DNA of 64,000 bases from an uncultured delta proteobacterium (GCA_963776085.1 CAVZMS010000124.1:2488-66487); one strand, 5' to 3'. Positions 40,253-51,895 are shown, numbered from the stretch's first letter. The notes: generated by a model not told the origin, from the letters alone. Program-made: numbers and translations.

Positions 40253-40490
40253 GACTATATTAAGATGAATGAAGAAAAGGATATTAATCTCGCATTACAT
40301 GATAAGACAGGTGCGTTATTAATGCTTAAATAAAAACGAACGAAAGCTTTTAAAAGAACTTCTTGATATGACTTTAAAATCTAAAAATGCAAGAGAATGG
40401 ATTGTTAAAAAACTTGGCAATGAATACATAGAGATAGGAGAAGGTCTATTAAAGGCAATGGGTGGAAAATAGAAGTAACATCATTAAACC

Positions 40491-41665
40491 TTAATATAAT
40501 AGATAAGGCCTTCGCCATTCGATAAATTCTTTATTCTCGGAAAGCCATCTCTCTTTAATTCTTAAAAGATCTCCGCCTGACTCTAATTCCTTTCTTAATT
40601 CCGAATTACCTAATATCATATCAATAGGCATCCTTTCATACTCATATTCATATGGGGTTTCCTTCCATTGGAATTGGCCTCGATATAAATCCATGATCGT
40701 CTTCAATAATGCGATTGAGGTAAAATATGGACGATATGTCCGATAATCAAGGACATGAATCATGAATCCTCTGCAGAGTTCTCCTACCCATTTATGAAAG
40801 GTGGGACGAAATGTGATCTCTTGCAGATAGCATCCTTTCATAGCCTCTCCAGTAAGTCCTTGGAGGATCATCTTGGTGTCCAAAAATGGTGCGCCGAATA
40901 TCTCAAAGGGACGACATGTCCCCCTCCCTTCAGAGAGGTTTGTCCCTTCCCATATTACTTGACCTGGATATACGTGATGCTGTTTCCGAAAGCGGCATAT
41001 TTGGTGAAGGCATGAGCCATTTTAGGCCTGTATCACGCCATATCATCTTACGGCCCCATCCATGCATAGGTATGATCTCCAGGTCAGATTCAATCTTGAA
41101 CTCTTGATTAAAGACAACAGCCAGCTCACCCATGGTAAAACCATGTCGCATTGGAAGGCTGAAAGGTCCCACAAAAGAATATAATTCAGGACTTAATAGG
41201 TTTCCTTCAATTATTTCTCCTCCAAGAGGATTGGGCCTATCAAGGATAATGACCTTTTTCCCCGCTATCTTAGCCGCCCTGAGACAGTTAAGCATGGTAG
41301 AGGCAAATGTATAAACCCTTGTCCCAACGTCCTGCAGGTCGATTATAAGGACATCAAGGAAGTTCAAGCATTTCCATCAAGGGTTCCCTGTTTTTGCTGT
41401 ATAGACTGAATATGGGGATTTGCAATTCCATGTCAATGGAATGACTCGTCTCAACCATGTTGTCCTGGTCTTCACCCCCATAGCCGTGTTGCGGGCCGAA
41501 AAGTACCTTTAGTTGCCCCGGTAACATATAGGAGATTATATCTCTGGCATGTGTTAATTTACTATCAAGGGATGCTTGATTAGACAGCAAGCCCAACCTG
41601 CGGCCCTTCAGTTTTTTCCAGTATTCCTCCTTGAACCGGTCAAGACCCGTGAGAATTTTACTCAT
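40491..41665 (-). CDS. namZ: DUF1343 / NamZ-type exo-beta-N-acetylmuramidase (two frame shifts)
   Basis: Three consecutive fragments (41354-41665, 40930-41367, 40491-40883) are colinear with DUF1343 (..RLGLLSNQAS.., ..DLQDVGTRVYTF.., ..ILDRPNPLGG..). Confidence 0.8.
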
Positions 41666-41892
41666 AAATTGATATCTCCTTCCGGAAAAGGGGCGCTTAT
41701 TTAGCCGGTGGATTTAAAAGTCCACAAATTAATCAGACCGAATTGTGAACTATAGGATAAAACTAATTTGATATCAATAATGGTCTTCTATGGCTTTATA
41801 TAGTCTGGTATTATAATAAATCTCTTAATAATAAAATACAGAGCCCTTTATTTTTATGCTTTTTAAGATCTGGGAGGAGACTGGAGGATGAT

Positions 41893-42192
41893 ATGAAATG
41901 TCGTCATCACCCGGAACGGGATTTCTATGTGTCCTGTTAAAAGATGGGGATAGGGTACTGTCAAGAGTGTCTTGATAATTGCGAGGCATGCACCGACCCA
42001 TGTACCTACTGTAAGCATAGGTCAAGTTGTATTATATGGGAACAATGTATAAAGAGCGATAAGAGATATCGTCTGGATAAAGAAGCAAAAGGAGCGGAAT
42101 CTAATAATAAGTATAAACAAAAGCAAAATCTTTCACTTGCCGGTTTTTACAAAATGTATCGTGTAACTTGTGGTGGCTCCCGACCAAATTAA
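41893..42192 (+). CDS. hypothetical Cys-rich (B-box-like zinc finger) protein (one frame shift)
   Basis: The ATG at 41893 follows ggagga. The N-terminus MKCRHHPERDFYVSC stops at 41938-41940. The protein continues as MGIGYCQECLDNCEACTDPCTYCKH in ORF 41944-42192. Confidence 0.45.
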
Positions 42193-42205
42193 CAAGGACT
42201 AAATA

Positions 42206-44069
42206 TCATTCAGCCACGACCTGCACTGTCTGACCTGGGAATATGGTGCTTTCTGATGTCAGGTTATTGAGATTCAGAAATTCGGAAAGATCCATCTGGT
42301 TTTTTTTGGCTATCAAGTATGGCGAATCTCCTTCCCTTACAATGTACTCCTGGGTATTGACGGACTTTGAAGCCTTAATTACAGTGGATATAATTAGGAC
42401 CTGCCCAACCTTGAGATTAGCATTCTGCAGCCTATTAAGGGCCTTTATGGCATTGACGGTTGTATGATAACGATTCGCTATATTCCACAAGGAATCGCCC
42501 TCTTTCACAACATACTTTATTGGTTCTTTCCCTGATCCCTCCTGGTAAGATGAAGTGCTTACTTCACTTGAAACATAGCCTTTCCCTGTTGGTATCTTTC
42601 AATTTCCATCCCACCTTAAGATAGTCTTTTTTCTTAAGACCATTCATGTCCATAATTGCCTTTATTGAAGTCTTATATCTGTCAGCAATCACAGACAAGG
42701 ATTCCCCTGATCGAACCCTGTGTTCTATATAATTGGCCGATGCTGTCACAGGAGGACGATATAAAGGTATATCATCCAATTTGGACAGGAGGAGTTCTCC
42801 TTTGCCCTTTACGACCTTCAAAGGATATGCTACTTTCGGTGTATAATCTTGCCGCAACTCCGGATTCAGGTCTTTGAGGTCATTAATATCCATATCAAGG
42901 CGTTCAGCAATGGCCTTTAACTGGACCTGCTTGTCAATTGTTACATTTTCATATTCAATCTCTTCTTCAAGAGGAGGAAGTGTAAAACCATGCTCCTCTG
43001 GATTATTCAATATATGTAATACTGCAAGGAATCGGGGAACATAAGAGGCTGTTTCGCTTGGCAGTTTTTGGTAAAGGTCCCAAAAATTGTCGAGGTAATT
43101 GATCTTCTGAGAACTTATAAGCTTTAAAATCCTCATTTCCCCGCAATTATAAGCGGCCAGCGCGGTGATCCAATCACCGAATATATCTTTTAACTCCGTT
43201 AGATATGCGATGGCAGCCTTTGTTGACTTTTCAGGGTCCATCCTTTCATCAATATATGTATTCCTTATCAAGCCATATTTATATCCAGTGGATGCTATGA
43301 ACTGCCACATTCCAAGTGCCCTTGCCTTAGACATGGCCCTAACCTTAAAGCCGCTTTCGATAAGAGGCAACCAGGAAAGTTCCTCCGGCAGCCCTGCTTC
43401 ATTAAGTGCCTTGACAATAGCGGGCCGATATCTGCCTGAACGGGCATAGGCATCAAGAAAAAAGCCCCTTTCCTTCCCCTTAAAAAGGGCCAGGGCATCC
43501 TCCACATATTTGTTCATATCAAGCGGAATCTCTTTATGAGATCCGTTTGTAACAGTGAATCTGGAGGAATACACCTCGATAATCCGTTTTGCTATTGTAA
43601 TGCGGAGATCTTCCTTCTCCTGCAAGAATTCCGCATCAGTCTCATCTATCCGCAATACAAGGGAATATGCCTTATCAAGGGCATCAACGGCATTATCCAG
43701 TTCCCCTTTTTCCCAGAAATTATTTGAGACCTGACAATACTCAAGGGCCGCGTCAATCAATTCCTGATCCGTGGAATAAGATGTTGTATTTAAAGGGTCA
43801 GGATTATCAGGATTGTTTTCAAATGAGGGGGAGGTTTCTTCGGTAGGAGGCACGATATTGTCGGTGACCTTGCTGCTTGAATCTATTGGAGGCTGAACAG
43901 GATCCTTCCTAACAACCTCATCCTTTTTGACTACTTCTTTAATTACCTCTTCTTCGGTCGACCCAGCCTTATCTGTGGGCACATTTGGAGCTAATGATAC
44001 GCATCCTGAATACGACAGCACACATAATAGCAGAGATGCTTGATTAAACCATTTCTTTAACCACATCAT
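42206..44069 (-). CDS. mltD: membrane-bound lytic murein transglycosylase D-like (SLT domain + LysM repeats) (one frame shift)
   Basis: Fragment 42564-44069 has ESGFKVRAMSKARALGMWQF and AYNCGE. The LysM units lie at its end and in 42206-42508. Confidence 0.85.
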
Positions 44070-44378
44070 CGTCTATGTCCTTTCTCCCCAGTCATAAACA
44101 CAATCCCTGAATACTATTATAGATAATGGCATTTTTCCACCAAATTTCGTTTAGATTTTACGGGAGTATAGACAAACCGGATAAAATGGTCAACAGGATA
44201 AATCAGTTAATAAAAAGCATTATCAGACTGACCGCTATTTATCAGTGATATCCTAAAATGTTTCTGCAAACCAGGTTCTGATATTTCCTTAATGTTGTTT
44301 GTGTTTCGGATCACTTGATTATCCCTTTGTTTTAAAATATATTAAGTCATAAATTATAATTCCAAAAAGGGTTACAAA

Positions 44379-45107
44379 ATGTCCGATGGGAAATCTATTC
44401 AACCCTTATCCGGCGTTAATAAAACAGGCAGGTGTCTGTCTTGTGGAGAACCTGGGATAACACCAAGAAGACGCTATTGTTCTAATGAATGCCGGCAACA
44501 GATGTTATGGGTCCTTTCGCTATCTAAAGGACTCCTTAATATCTTTAATACCAGATACGCATCCGTATCTTTTGATAAGCACCATGTGATTCTGGATATC
44601 CTGCCCGTCTGGTCAAAAAATATCTCAAGGTTTATGCGTAAAAGGACGCCCGGGAAAAAACCTGCCGAAGACCTTAAACTTCTCATCCTCCAGTACGGAA
44701 GGGAGTGGTATCATATTATCGACAACAATAATTCAAAAAGTTATGCCTCCCTATTTCTTCTAAAGAAAAATTCCAACGGGAATATCACCGCAGGGGCCAT
44801 CAAGCCAAGCAATAGGTTGCGTCCAAGGTTTTCCAGGCATGAAAAGGACTCAGCGAAACTCCTTCAACTGGGATTGGAAGAACTAATCACTAAAGAACAT
44901 ACGGCAAAGATAAGGGCTGCATATAAAAAACTGGCCAAGATCCATCACCCTGACATGGGTGGAGACGCTGAAAAATTTAAGAGATTAAACGAGGCGCACC
45001 AGCAGATGCTTCTTTGGGCGAGAAATCCTCATTTCACATCCAGAAAGGCCCTTATTGCCTGCTGGTCATACGATTCATCAACCAACAGATGGGTGCCGCC
45101 TTTATAA
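44379..45107 (+). CDS. J-domain protein with an N-terminal zinc ribbon
   Basis: Intact 242-aa ORF with CLSCG...YCSNEC at the N-terminus and AAYKKLAKIHHPDMGGDAEKFKRLNEAHQ (HPD motif) near the C-terminus. Confidence 0.7.
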   Translation: MSDGKSIQPLSGVNKTGRCLSCGEPGITPRRRYCSNECRQQMLWVLSLSKGLLNIFNTRYASVSFDKHHVILDILPVWSKNISRFMRKRTPGKKPAEDLKLLILQYGREWYHIIDNNNSKSYASLFLLKKNSNGNITAGAIKPSNRLRPRFSRHEKDSAKLLQLGLEELITKEHTAKIRAAYKKLAKIHHPDMGGDAEKFKRLNEAHQQMLLWARNPHFTSRKALIACWSYDSSTNRWVPPL

Positions 45108-45132
45108 AATATTCGTAACGTTCCCTCAGGAT

Positions 45133-45429
45133 TGTCCGGTTAGGATTTTGCCTAAAGATATAAGTGCAAGCATGTCCTACGGGACTCTCTTTTCAGAGGC
45201 GAAGAAATGATATGCGAGGAATAAGCATAAGGATGTCGTCAGGCGGGCGGCGAATATCCGGGTAGATAGCAACCTCCGAATGGCCAGGATTTGTGGCTAA
45301 TTTGGCCAGAAGCCCTCCGCCCGCCTTTGCTACGAGTTATGCAAAAAACCGGGCACCGAACCATTTCGTCTCTGAAAAGAGAATCCCGCAGGACATGGAA
45401 TTAATATCAGGTGCAAAATCTTAACCGGA
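45133..45429. repeat. 297-bp long imperfect palindrome (family member E1)
   Basis: GTCCGGTTAGGATTTTGC (45133-45150) pairs with GCAAAATCTTAACCGGAC (45412-45429), matching 17/18. 45170-45202 pairs with 45364-45396 (33 nt, 3 mismatches). GGCGGGCGG (45241-45249) pairs with CCGCCCGCC (45316-45324). There is no credible ORF inside. Confidence 0.85.
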
Positions 45430-45472
45430 CATCGCTAAGATGTTTGTCTTAATATTGATCGAGATTTCGCTA

Positions 45473-46535
45473 ATGAATTCCATATATTTATCAGCAAGAA
45501 AGATCCTTGAAAAGGTTCCCATCGAGGCCTCTGCCCCATGCAGGATAGATTCGGGCGGCACATGGGATATCAAGGCTATGGCCCTGCCCCTCGAAAGGAT
45601 TGAACCCACAACTGTAAATATGGCATTGAGCCTGAGAACCCGCGTTGAGCTCTGCCCATTTAAAGACGGCTGGGTGAGAATCATATCTGAGGGCTTTGCT
45701 CATGGAGAAGAGCAAACAATGGAAACGCCTGCTTTCAATTCTCCTTTTGGCCTCTTTTTTGCGACAGTCAACCATTTCGGATTCCATGGGCTTACAGTGA
45801 ATATCACATCCGATTCCCCTGTAAAATCTGCACTTGGCGGTTCCAGCACTGCCTTGGTGGCGCTTATTAAGGCCCTTTCAAAACTCAGAAAGGTTATAGG
45901 AGAAAAGGGTTTGTCAGCCAGGAATATCCTTTATCTTGGATATCACCTTGAAGATGGGATTAGCGGGGGAGATTGCGGCATCCAGGATCAGGCTGCGGCT
46001 GTTTATGGAGGAGTCAACCGATGGATATGGCATTACGGGAGCGGAGGTTCTCTTTCAAAAAGAGAAGTACTGCTCGACAGGAAGGGCGAAAAAGAGATCT
46101 CAGATCGCATTCTTGTGGCATACTGCGGAAAAAGTCATGTCTCTGCCGATATTAACCGATCCTGGATTAAGGCCTTCCTCACCGGACAAACAAGGGTCCG
46201 GATGGATTGAAGCTAATTATATTGTAAAGAGCCTGGCAAAGGCCATAAAAGACAGGGAATGGAACCATGCCGCAGGACTTTTAAGAGACGAGATGGCGAT
46301 ACGCAGAGATATTACCCCTGATGTATTAATACCGATTACCTCAAAACTGATTGATCTGGCTGAAGATACAGGATGCGGCGCCAGATTTGCCGGAGCTGGC
46401 GGGGGAGGTTCCGTCTGGGCACTTGGAGAACCTCACCGGATCAGGCGGTTGAGGAAAATCTGGGAAACAGCGCTGGCTCCAGTCAAGGGCGCCGGCATCC
46501 TGGATTGTGCTATTGATCATGTTGGAGTCAGATGA
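45473..46535 (+). CDS. GHMP-family sugar kinase (HddA/fucokinase-like) (one frame shift)
   Basis: Fragment 45440-46210 has APCRIDSGGTWD and SPVKSALGGSSTALVA. Fragment 45936-46535 has GARFAGAGGGGSVWAL. The likely start is the ATG at 45473 (MNSIYL..). Confidence 0.75.
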
Positions 46536-46571
46536 TTAAGCCCGTTCCTGGCTGCCGGGTATGTCCTTATT

Positions 46572-47279
46572 CTATGCCTTGCCCACCTCAACGAGTGTAT
46601 CCATGAAAACCTTATAGAATTTTTCATGCTCAGAGAGGCCTTGTTTCAATATAGAGGACAGTTTGTCTGCATCTTTGGTGTTGATAACAGTATTTGCACT
46701 CATTGTATAGGCCATCATATCATCCATGGACTTGAATTTATCCCCCATCAGCGCCAAGAAAATCCGACGACGGGAAGATATCGATAAGGTATTTAGATAA
46801 TTGCGAATAGGGCTGTTTTCCAGTTCCTGACCATCAAATCCTTCAGCAATAATGATGATATCAAAACGATGAAAACGCAGTTTTCCCAAGGCATCTCTGG
46901 TATTAGGGGCGGGGATATATCTATATCCAAGCCCTTCCACCGCTGTTTTGACCTTCTCTGCGATATCATCATCTACTAAAACCAGCGCTAGTTTAGTGTC
47001 TTCGTCAAAGAAATCAAGGGTTTCACCATCACTATAATCATCTTTAACGTCCCCGCCCTTTTCACTATCTTCTCCGCGTTTGGATTCAATAAATTTGAGA
47101 TGCAACTTTCCTGTCTCAGCAAAAGATTCATCAGGGGGTTCATTTTCTGTGGATAAACGGGAATCAATGGTGATCTTGTTCTTGCACTTAGGGCAACTGA
47201 CCCTGATCACCTGATCCTTTGGGATCTTTTCATCCGGCACATTTAATTTTGTCTTGCATTGCGTACAAGTGACTTCCAT
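46572..47279 (-). CDS. MJ0042-type zinc-ribbon protein with a receiver-like C-terminal domain
   Basis: Intact 235-aa ORF with CTQCKTKLNVPDEKIP...SCPKCKN, an acidic linker, and then LVLVDDD...FDIIIIAEGF (the usual phospho-acceptor Asp position reads Ala-Glu). Confidence 0.6.
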   Translation of the reverse strand: MEVTCTQCKTKLNVPDEKIPKDQVIRVSCPKCKNKITIDSRLSTENEPPDESFAETGKLHLKFIESKRGEDSEKGGDVKDDYSDGETLDFFDEDTKLALVLVDDDIAEKVKTAVEGLGYRYIPAPNTRDALGKLRFHRFDIIIIAEGFDGQELENSPIRNYLNTLSISSRRRIFLALMGDKFKSMDDMMAYTMSANTVINTKDADKLSSILKQGLSEHEKFYKVFMDTLVEVGKA

Positions 47280-47302
47280 GTCCTAACCTCCTTAAAACCC
47301 TT

Positions 47303-48493
47303 TTAACGTTTCCCTTGTTTCGCTTTTCCCCCATATTGATCATCCAATTTAAGACCCTCTATCTCGGTCGTCTTTTCTCCCCGCTCCGATTTAACAGAGT
47401 CTATCATCCTCCCCACGACGCCTTTACGGGAGGAGTAACTCATGGCTGTTTCTTCAGTAATAAGTCCGGCCTTGAAATGATCAACAATACACTGATCAAA
47501 GGTCATCATGCCGAATGGCCGGCTCCCCTCAATAATCTCATAGAATGTCTTCCCCTCGGATTCGCCGTTTAATATGCTGTCTTTAACCCTCAGATTGGAA
47601 CCCATGATCTCATGCGCTGCCTGACGACCGCCTCCCACCTTGGGGAGGAGCCTCTGGCATACGATCCAGCGCACCGTATCGGCCAGTCTTATCCTGATCT
47701 GCTTTTCCTCTTCCCGTTCAAACATGCCGATAATCCTGTTAATGGTCTGTCCCGCGTCAACGGTATGCAGGGTGCTTACAACCAGATGCCCGGTCTCAGC
47801 CGCTGATAATGCGATCTCAACTGTCTCCCTGTCCCTCATCTCACCGACAAGGATGACCTTTGGCGCCTGTCTAAGTGCTGCCCTCAGACCGGAAGAAAAG
47901 GCGTCGAAATCCTGCCCCAGCTCCCTCTGGTTAAAGGTGGCCTTTTTCTGTGAATGCACGAACTCTACGGGATCTTCCAGTGTAACCACGTGGACGGACT
48001 TGTTCTCGTTTATCGCATTTAGAAGACCTGCGAGAGAGGTGGATTTACCGCTGCCCGTTGCCCCTGTAACCAGGATAATGCCGTTTCTCTCCTCAGCCAT
48101 TTTTGAAAAAGCGGGCGGGAGTTTTAGCTCCTCGATTGTGGGGATCCGTGTGGCGAGCTGCCGCATCACTATGGAATAGGTGCCCTTCTGAGAAAAGATA
48201 TTCACCCTGAAACGGGCCTTCCCAGCCAGCTGATAGGAGCAATCGCATGAGCCTTCCGTTAAGAGCGTTCTTGTAAGTCGACGGTCTGAGTTGATAAGGT
48301 TAAGGGCAAACAATTCAGTCTGAAAGGCCGTCAGCTTTTCAACAGGCGGTTTCATTGAAACCGGCTTCAATTGCCCCGAGGCCTCCACCTGGAACGGCTT
48401 GTCCACAGTCATAAGAAGATCAGAAACGCCGTCATGTGACTCAAGCATGGTCGTCAGGATATTATCAACCTGTTGTTTTTTCATGGTCTTCAT
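47303..48493 (-). CDS. PilT/PilU-family type IV pilus retraction ATPase
   Basis: Intact 396-aa ORF with GATGSGKST, TLEDPVEF, ILVGEMRD and STLHT. Confidence 0.9.
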   Translation of the reverse strand: MKTMKKQQVDNILTTMLESHDGVSDLLMTVDKPFQVEASGQLKPVSMKPPVEKLTAFQTELFALNLINSDRRLTRTLLTEGSCDCSYQLAGKARFRVNIFSQKGTYSIVMRQLATRIPTIEELKLPPAFSKMAEERNGIILVTGATGSGKSTSLAGLLNAINENKSVHVVTLEDPVEFVHSQKKATFNQRELGQDFDAFSSGLRAALRQAPKVILVGEMRDRETVEIALSAAETGHLVVSTLHTVDAGQTINRIIGMFEREEEKQIRIRLADTVRWIVCQRLLPKVGGGRQAAHEIMGSNLRVKDSILNGESEGKTFYEIIEGSRPFGMMTFDQCIVDHFKAGLITEETAMSYSSRKGVVGRMIDSVKSERGEKTTEIEGLKLDDQYGGKAKQGKR

Positions 48494-48567
48494 TCCCCTT
48501 TCTTAAAACTGCTCATAGCCGAAGATCTCCGGCTGATAATAAAAGGTCTTTTGTTTATCAACTTGGT

Positions 48568-49650
48568 TTATGCGTCCGTAAAATCCGTGGGCGGATTTTT
48601 CAGATATGGTCTAAACGTATCCTTATTATTACACTTTGCATAGGCATCATCCGCGCTGATTTTTTTTGCCTGCAGAAGTACCATGATGGAATCATCCAGG
48701 GTCTGCATGCCGTATTTTTTACCTGTCTGCATAGCTGATGGGATCTGAAATGTCTTGGACTCCCTTATCAGGTTCCGGATAGCCGGGATCGCTATCATGA
48801 TCTCCAGGGCAGCACATCTCCCCTTCTTATCAATCCTCTTGAAAAGATTCTGGGCCACCACCGCCCTGAGACCGTCGGCAAGGGTATTCCTTATCTGGGC
48901 CTGTTGGTTGACAGGAAATACCTCGATGATACGATCCACGGTCTTAGCGGCACTTGTCGTATGCAGCGTCCCGAATACAAGGTGTCCGGTGGATGAGGCC
49001 TCAATGGCCAAGGCAATGGTCTCAAGGTCCCTCATCTCTCCTACCAGGATAATATCGGGGTCCTCTCTGAGTGCCCCCTTCAGGGCTGCGGCAAAAGACC
49101 TTGTGTGAAGCCCGACTTCACGGTGATTGATTACGGCCTCTTTACTTTTATGTACGAATTCTATGGGGTCTTCAACCGTGAGAATATGGTCCTTACGGGT
49201 CCTGTTAGCCTCATCGACAATAGCCGCCAGGGTCGTTGACTTGCCGCTGCCTGTAGGTCCGGTAACAAGGACCAGCCCCCTGGGAAGGGAGGCCAATTTA
49301 CGGACTACCGTGGGCAGGCCAAGCTGTTCGCAAGTCAATATATCCGACGGTATCTCCCTGAAAACCGCGGCAACACCCCATTTCTGTTCAAAGAAATTCG
49401 CCCTGTACCTGGCAAGCCCCGGAATCTCATAGGCGAAATCCACATCCCCGGTCTCTTCAAAGACCTTGACCTTATCTTCCGGCGCTATTTCATAAAGCAT
49501 AGCCTTGAGGCTATCATTAGTCAGCTCTTTATACTTTACCCTTGTCAGGTCACCCTGGACACGTAGAACCGGTTGCTGTCCAGTAACAAGATGAAGGTCC
49601 GAGGCCCCCTGCTCATTCATTAGTTTAAAAAAGGCATCTATCTGTGCCAT
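48568..49650 (-). CDS. pilT: twitching motility ATPase PilT
   Basis: Intact 360-aa ORF with GASDLHL, GPTGSGKSTT, TVEDPIEF, ILVGEMRDLETI, GTLHT and the AIRNLIRE motif. Confidence 0.93.
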   Translation of the reverse strand: MAQIDAFFKLMNEQGASDLHLVTGQQPVLRVQGDLTRVKYKELTNDSLKAMLYEIAPEDKVKVFEETGDVDFAYEIPGLARYRANFFEQKWGVAAVFREIPSDILTCEQLGLPTVVRKLASLPRGLVLVTGPTGSGKSTTLAAIVDEANRTRKDHILTVEDPIEFVHKSKEAVINHREVGLHTRSFAAALKGALREDPDIILVGEMRDLETIALAIEASSTGHLVFGTLHTTSAAKTVDRIIEVFPVNQQAQIRNTLADGLRAVVAQNLFKRIDKKGRCAALEIMIAIPAIRNLIRESKTFQIPSAMQTGKKYGMQTLDDSIMVLLQAKKISADDAYAKCNNKDTFRPYLKNPPTDFTDA

Positions 49651-49829
49651 ACCCTATTCCCTCCCCATTAAAGGTTGTTCGGCCTGTCGTTTATCGCATA
49701 GTTATCGTAGTTATCAAGGTCCTGAGTTAAAAAAATTCAAACCGGAAATTACCGGCTTGTTAAGTATTATAAACAGAAATAAAGCAAGGATTCAACCACC
49801 AAATTAATAACGTCCCCCGGCTATTACCT

Positions 49830-50493
49830 TTACTTTAATAGATTCTCCAGAGAATCTTTATACATCACTATAGCATCCTGGCCCTCAGGGTAAAAGCCTT
49901 TTTTTATCTCACCTGTTATATAACCACTTTGCGTAAAAAGTCTTCGGGCATGTAAATTTTGCGTGCCGGTATGTAGGAAGATCTTCTTTATACCAATCTC
50001 TGCGGCCTTTCTTTCCACCTCCCTCAACAGAACCGCCCCAATCCCTCTATCCTGTTTTATGGGCTCAATGCCAATAGCCAGCAGTTCCGCAGCATGCTGA
50101 AGTCCATATCTGCCGGACATATCCCCTATCATTGAGAAACCAACCGGTTGCCCGTCCAAAAAAGCAATAAAGGTCCTATGTCATGTCCGACTCAAACCAG
50201 CCGGGGATAATATGCTCATATGGACCGTAGATTTGAAATAATTTCCGGCTTAATCTCTTGATGAATCGGATCTCATTGACCCTGGCGGGGCGGACGATTA
50301 TATGCTGTTCCCTATGCAAGTGTTTACTAGGAGATTGTCTGGTTCTAAAAGGCTTTATTTTACTATCCACATCGTATATAGTATTACTGACTCTTGAGAG
50401 ACGAAGGCGATCAAGCCTTTTCATTTCTCCATATTTACCGAATCGTCCACTATTCCCCATTTCATATGATAACATATTCAGCCAAGCGACCAA
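49830..50493 (-). CDS. GNAT-family N-acetyltransferase (one frame shift)
   Basis: The C-terminal fragment 49830-50159 has IEPIKQDRGIGAVLL (acetyl-CoA loop). The N-terminal fragment 50176-50493 is colinear with it. The junction is near 50160-50176. Confidence 0.75.
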
Positions 50494-50520
50494 TGGGCCA
50501 ATGGTTAGTAGCCGAACAGT

Positions 50521-51567
50521 TTAAAGATTCTTCCAGTATCGATGATGAATTTTTTTGACGGGTTTTATGGCGTAATCAACTAGAGTCCTGTCAGCCCTTG
50601 CCAATAGATCATTAGAGTCGGTTTTTGCCTTTCCGGAAAGCTCTTTTAATACCGCCTTCACGGAAGCAGTCTGCCCCTGAATATGATATCCCCCTTCAAG
50701 TGTGATAATCACCTTTCCATCGCAGCATACATCTGCTATCTCCATAATGGACCCGGTTAATCCTGCAAATCCGTTAGGGGTGACATTCATTCCCCCCAGA
50801 GGGTCCTCCTTCAATATATCAAAACCGGCTGAAACAAGTATTATATCAGGATCAAATTCAAGGGCAACAGGTCTTAAAATGCGATCGAATATTGCGAGAA
50901 ATTCACCATCTCCATAACCGGTCGAAAGAGGCACGTTGACTGTAAATCCTTCCCCTTTACCTGTCCCGACTTCGACATAGGATCCGGTTCCGGGGTAATA
51001 GGGGTACTGATGGGTTGAAAAATACAGAATGGAAGGATCATCCTCGAATGCATGCTGGGTGCCGTTACCATGATGAAGATCCCAATCCGCAATAAGGATA
51101 CGATCAAGACCAAGATGTTCCTGGGCATATCTGGCACCTATCGCCACGTTATTAAATAGACAAAAGCCCATGGCCTTGGACTTCTCGGCGTGATGTCCCG
51201 GAGGTCTTATCAAGGCGAAGGCATTTTCCAGTTCCCCGGAATTGACCATGGAGATAGCCTCGCAAAATCCCCCGGCTGCAAGAAGCGCTGCTTTATAGGA
51301 TCCCGAAGATGTCTGGGTGTCGGGGTCCAGATAGGTAGAACTTTTACCATCGGTTGCCTCCAGTATGTCTACATAATCCGGCGAATGGATCATAAGGAGT
51401 TCCTCTCTTTCAGCCATCCTCACCGGGACATCCTTAAAATTTCCCTTCATATCAGGATCTTCCAGCATTTCATAGATTGCCTTTAGGCGCTGCGGACTCT
51501 CAGGATGATAGGCCCCCATGACATGATCCAGATATCTTACATCTTTTACAATTCCGGTTTTATTCAT
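50521..51567 (-). CDS. histone deacetylase-family (class II HDAC / acetoin utilisation-type) deacetylase
   Basis: Intact 348-aa ORF with RPPGHHA, DWDLHHGNGTQ and EGGY. Confidence 0.9.
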   Translation of the reverse strand: MNKTGIVKDVRYLDHVMGAYHPESPQRLKAIYEMLEDPDMKGNFKDVPVRMAEREELLMIHSPDYVDILEATDGKSSTYLDPDTQTSSGSYKAALLAAGGFCEAISMVNSGELENAFALIRPPGHHAEKSKAMGFCLFNNVAIGARYAQEHLGLDRILIADWDLHHGNGTQHAFEDDPSILYFSTHQYPYYPGTGSYVEVGTGKGEGFTVNVPLSTGYGDGEFLAIFDRILRPVALEFDPDIILVSAGFDILKEDPLGGMNVTPNGFAGLTGSIMEIADVCCDGKVIITLEGGYHIQGQTASVKAVLKELSGKAKTDSNDLLARADRTLVDYAIKPVKKIHHRYWKNL

Positions 51568-51895
51568 AGATTATCCCCACAGGTAAAGGCAAACCGTTGA
51601 AAGGACTTCTTTTATATAGCATAAATTCGATTCATACAAAAGTGATTCAATAAACAATTTATCCCATTGAAAAATAGAGCGGGGGCTCAGCAATCTATTT
51701 CCAGAGTATCCTCTTAAAAGATCAAATTTTCAAAACACTAAAGCGTTACATCTATGCTTTAAAATATTATTTCGTTCCAGGACTCTTTATCCTTGATATA
51801 TAATCGCCTTAAAAGTAAATTACCGGTAACTGTTTAACCCCCTGAATGGTTGAATAGTTAGAGATATTATATCTCCATCTAAAAAGGTATAGATT

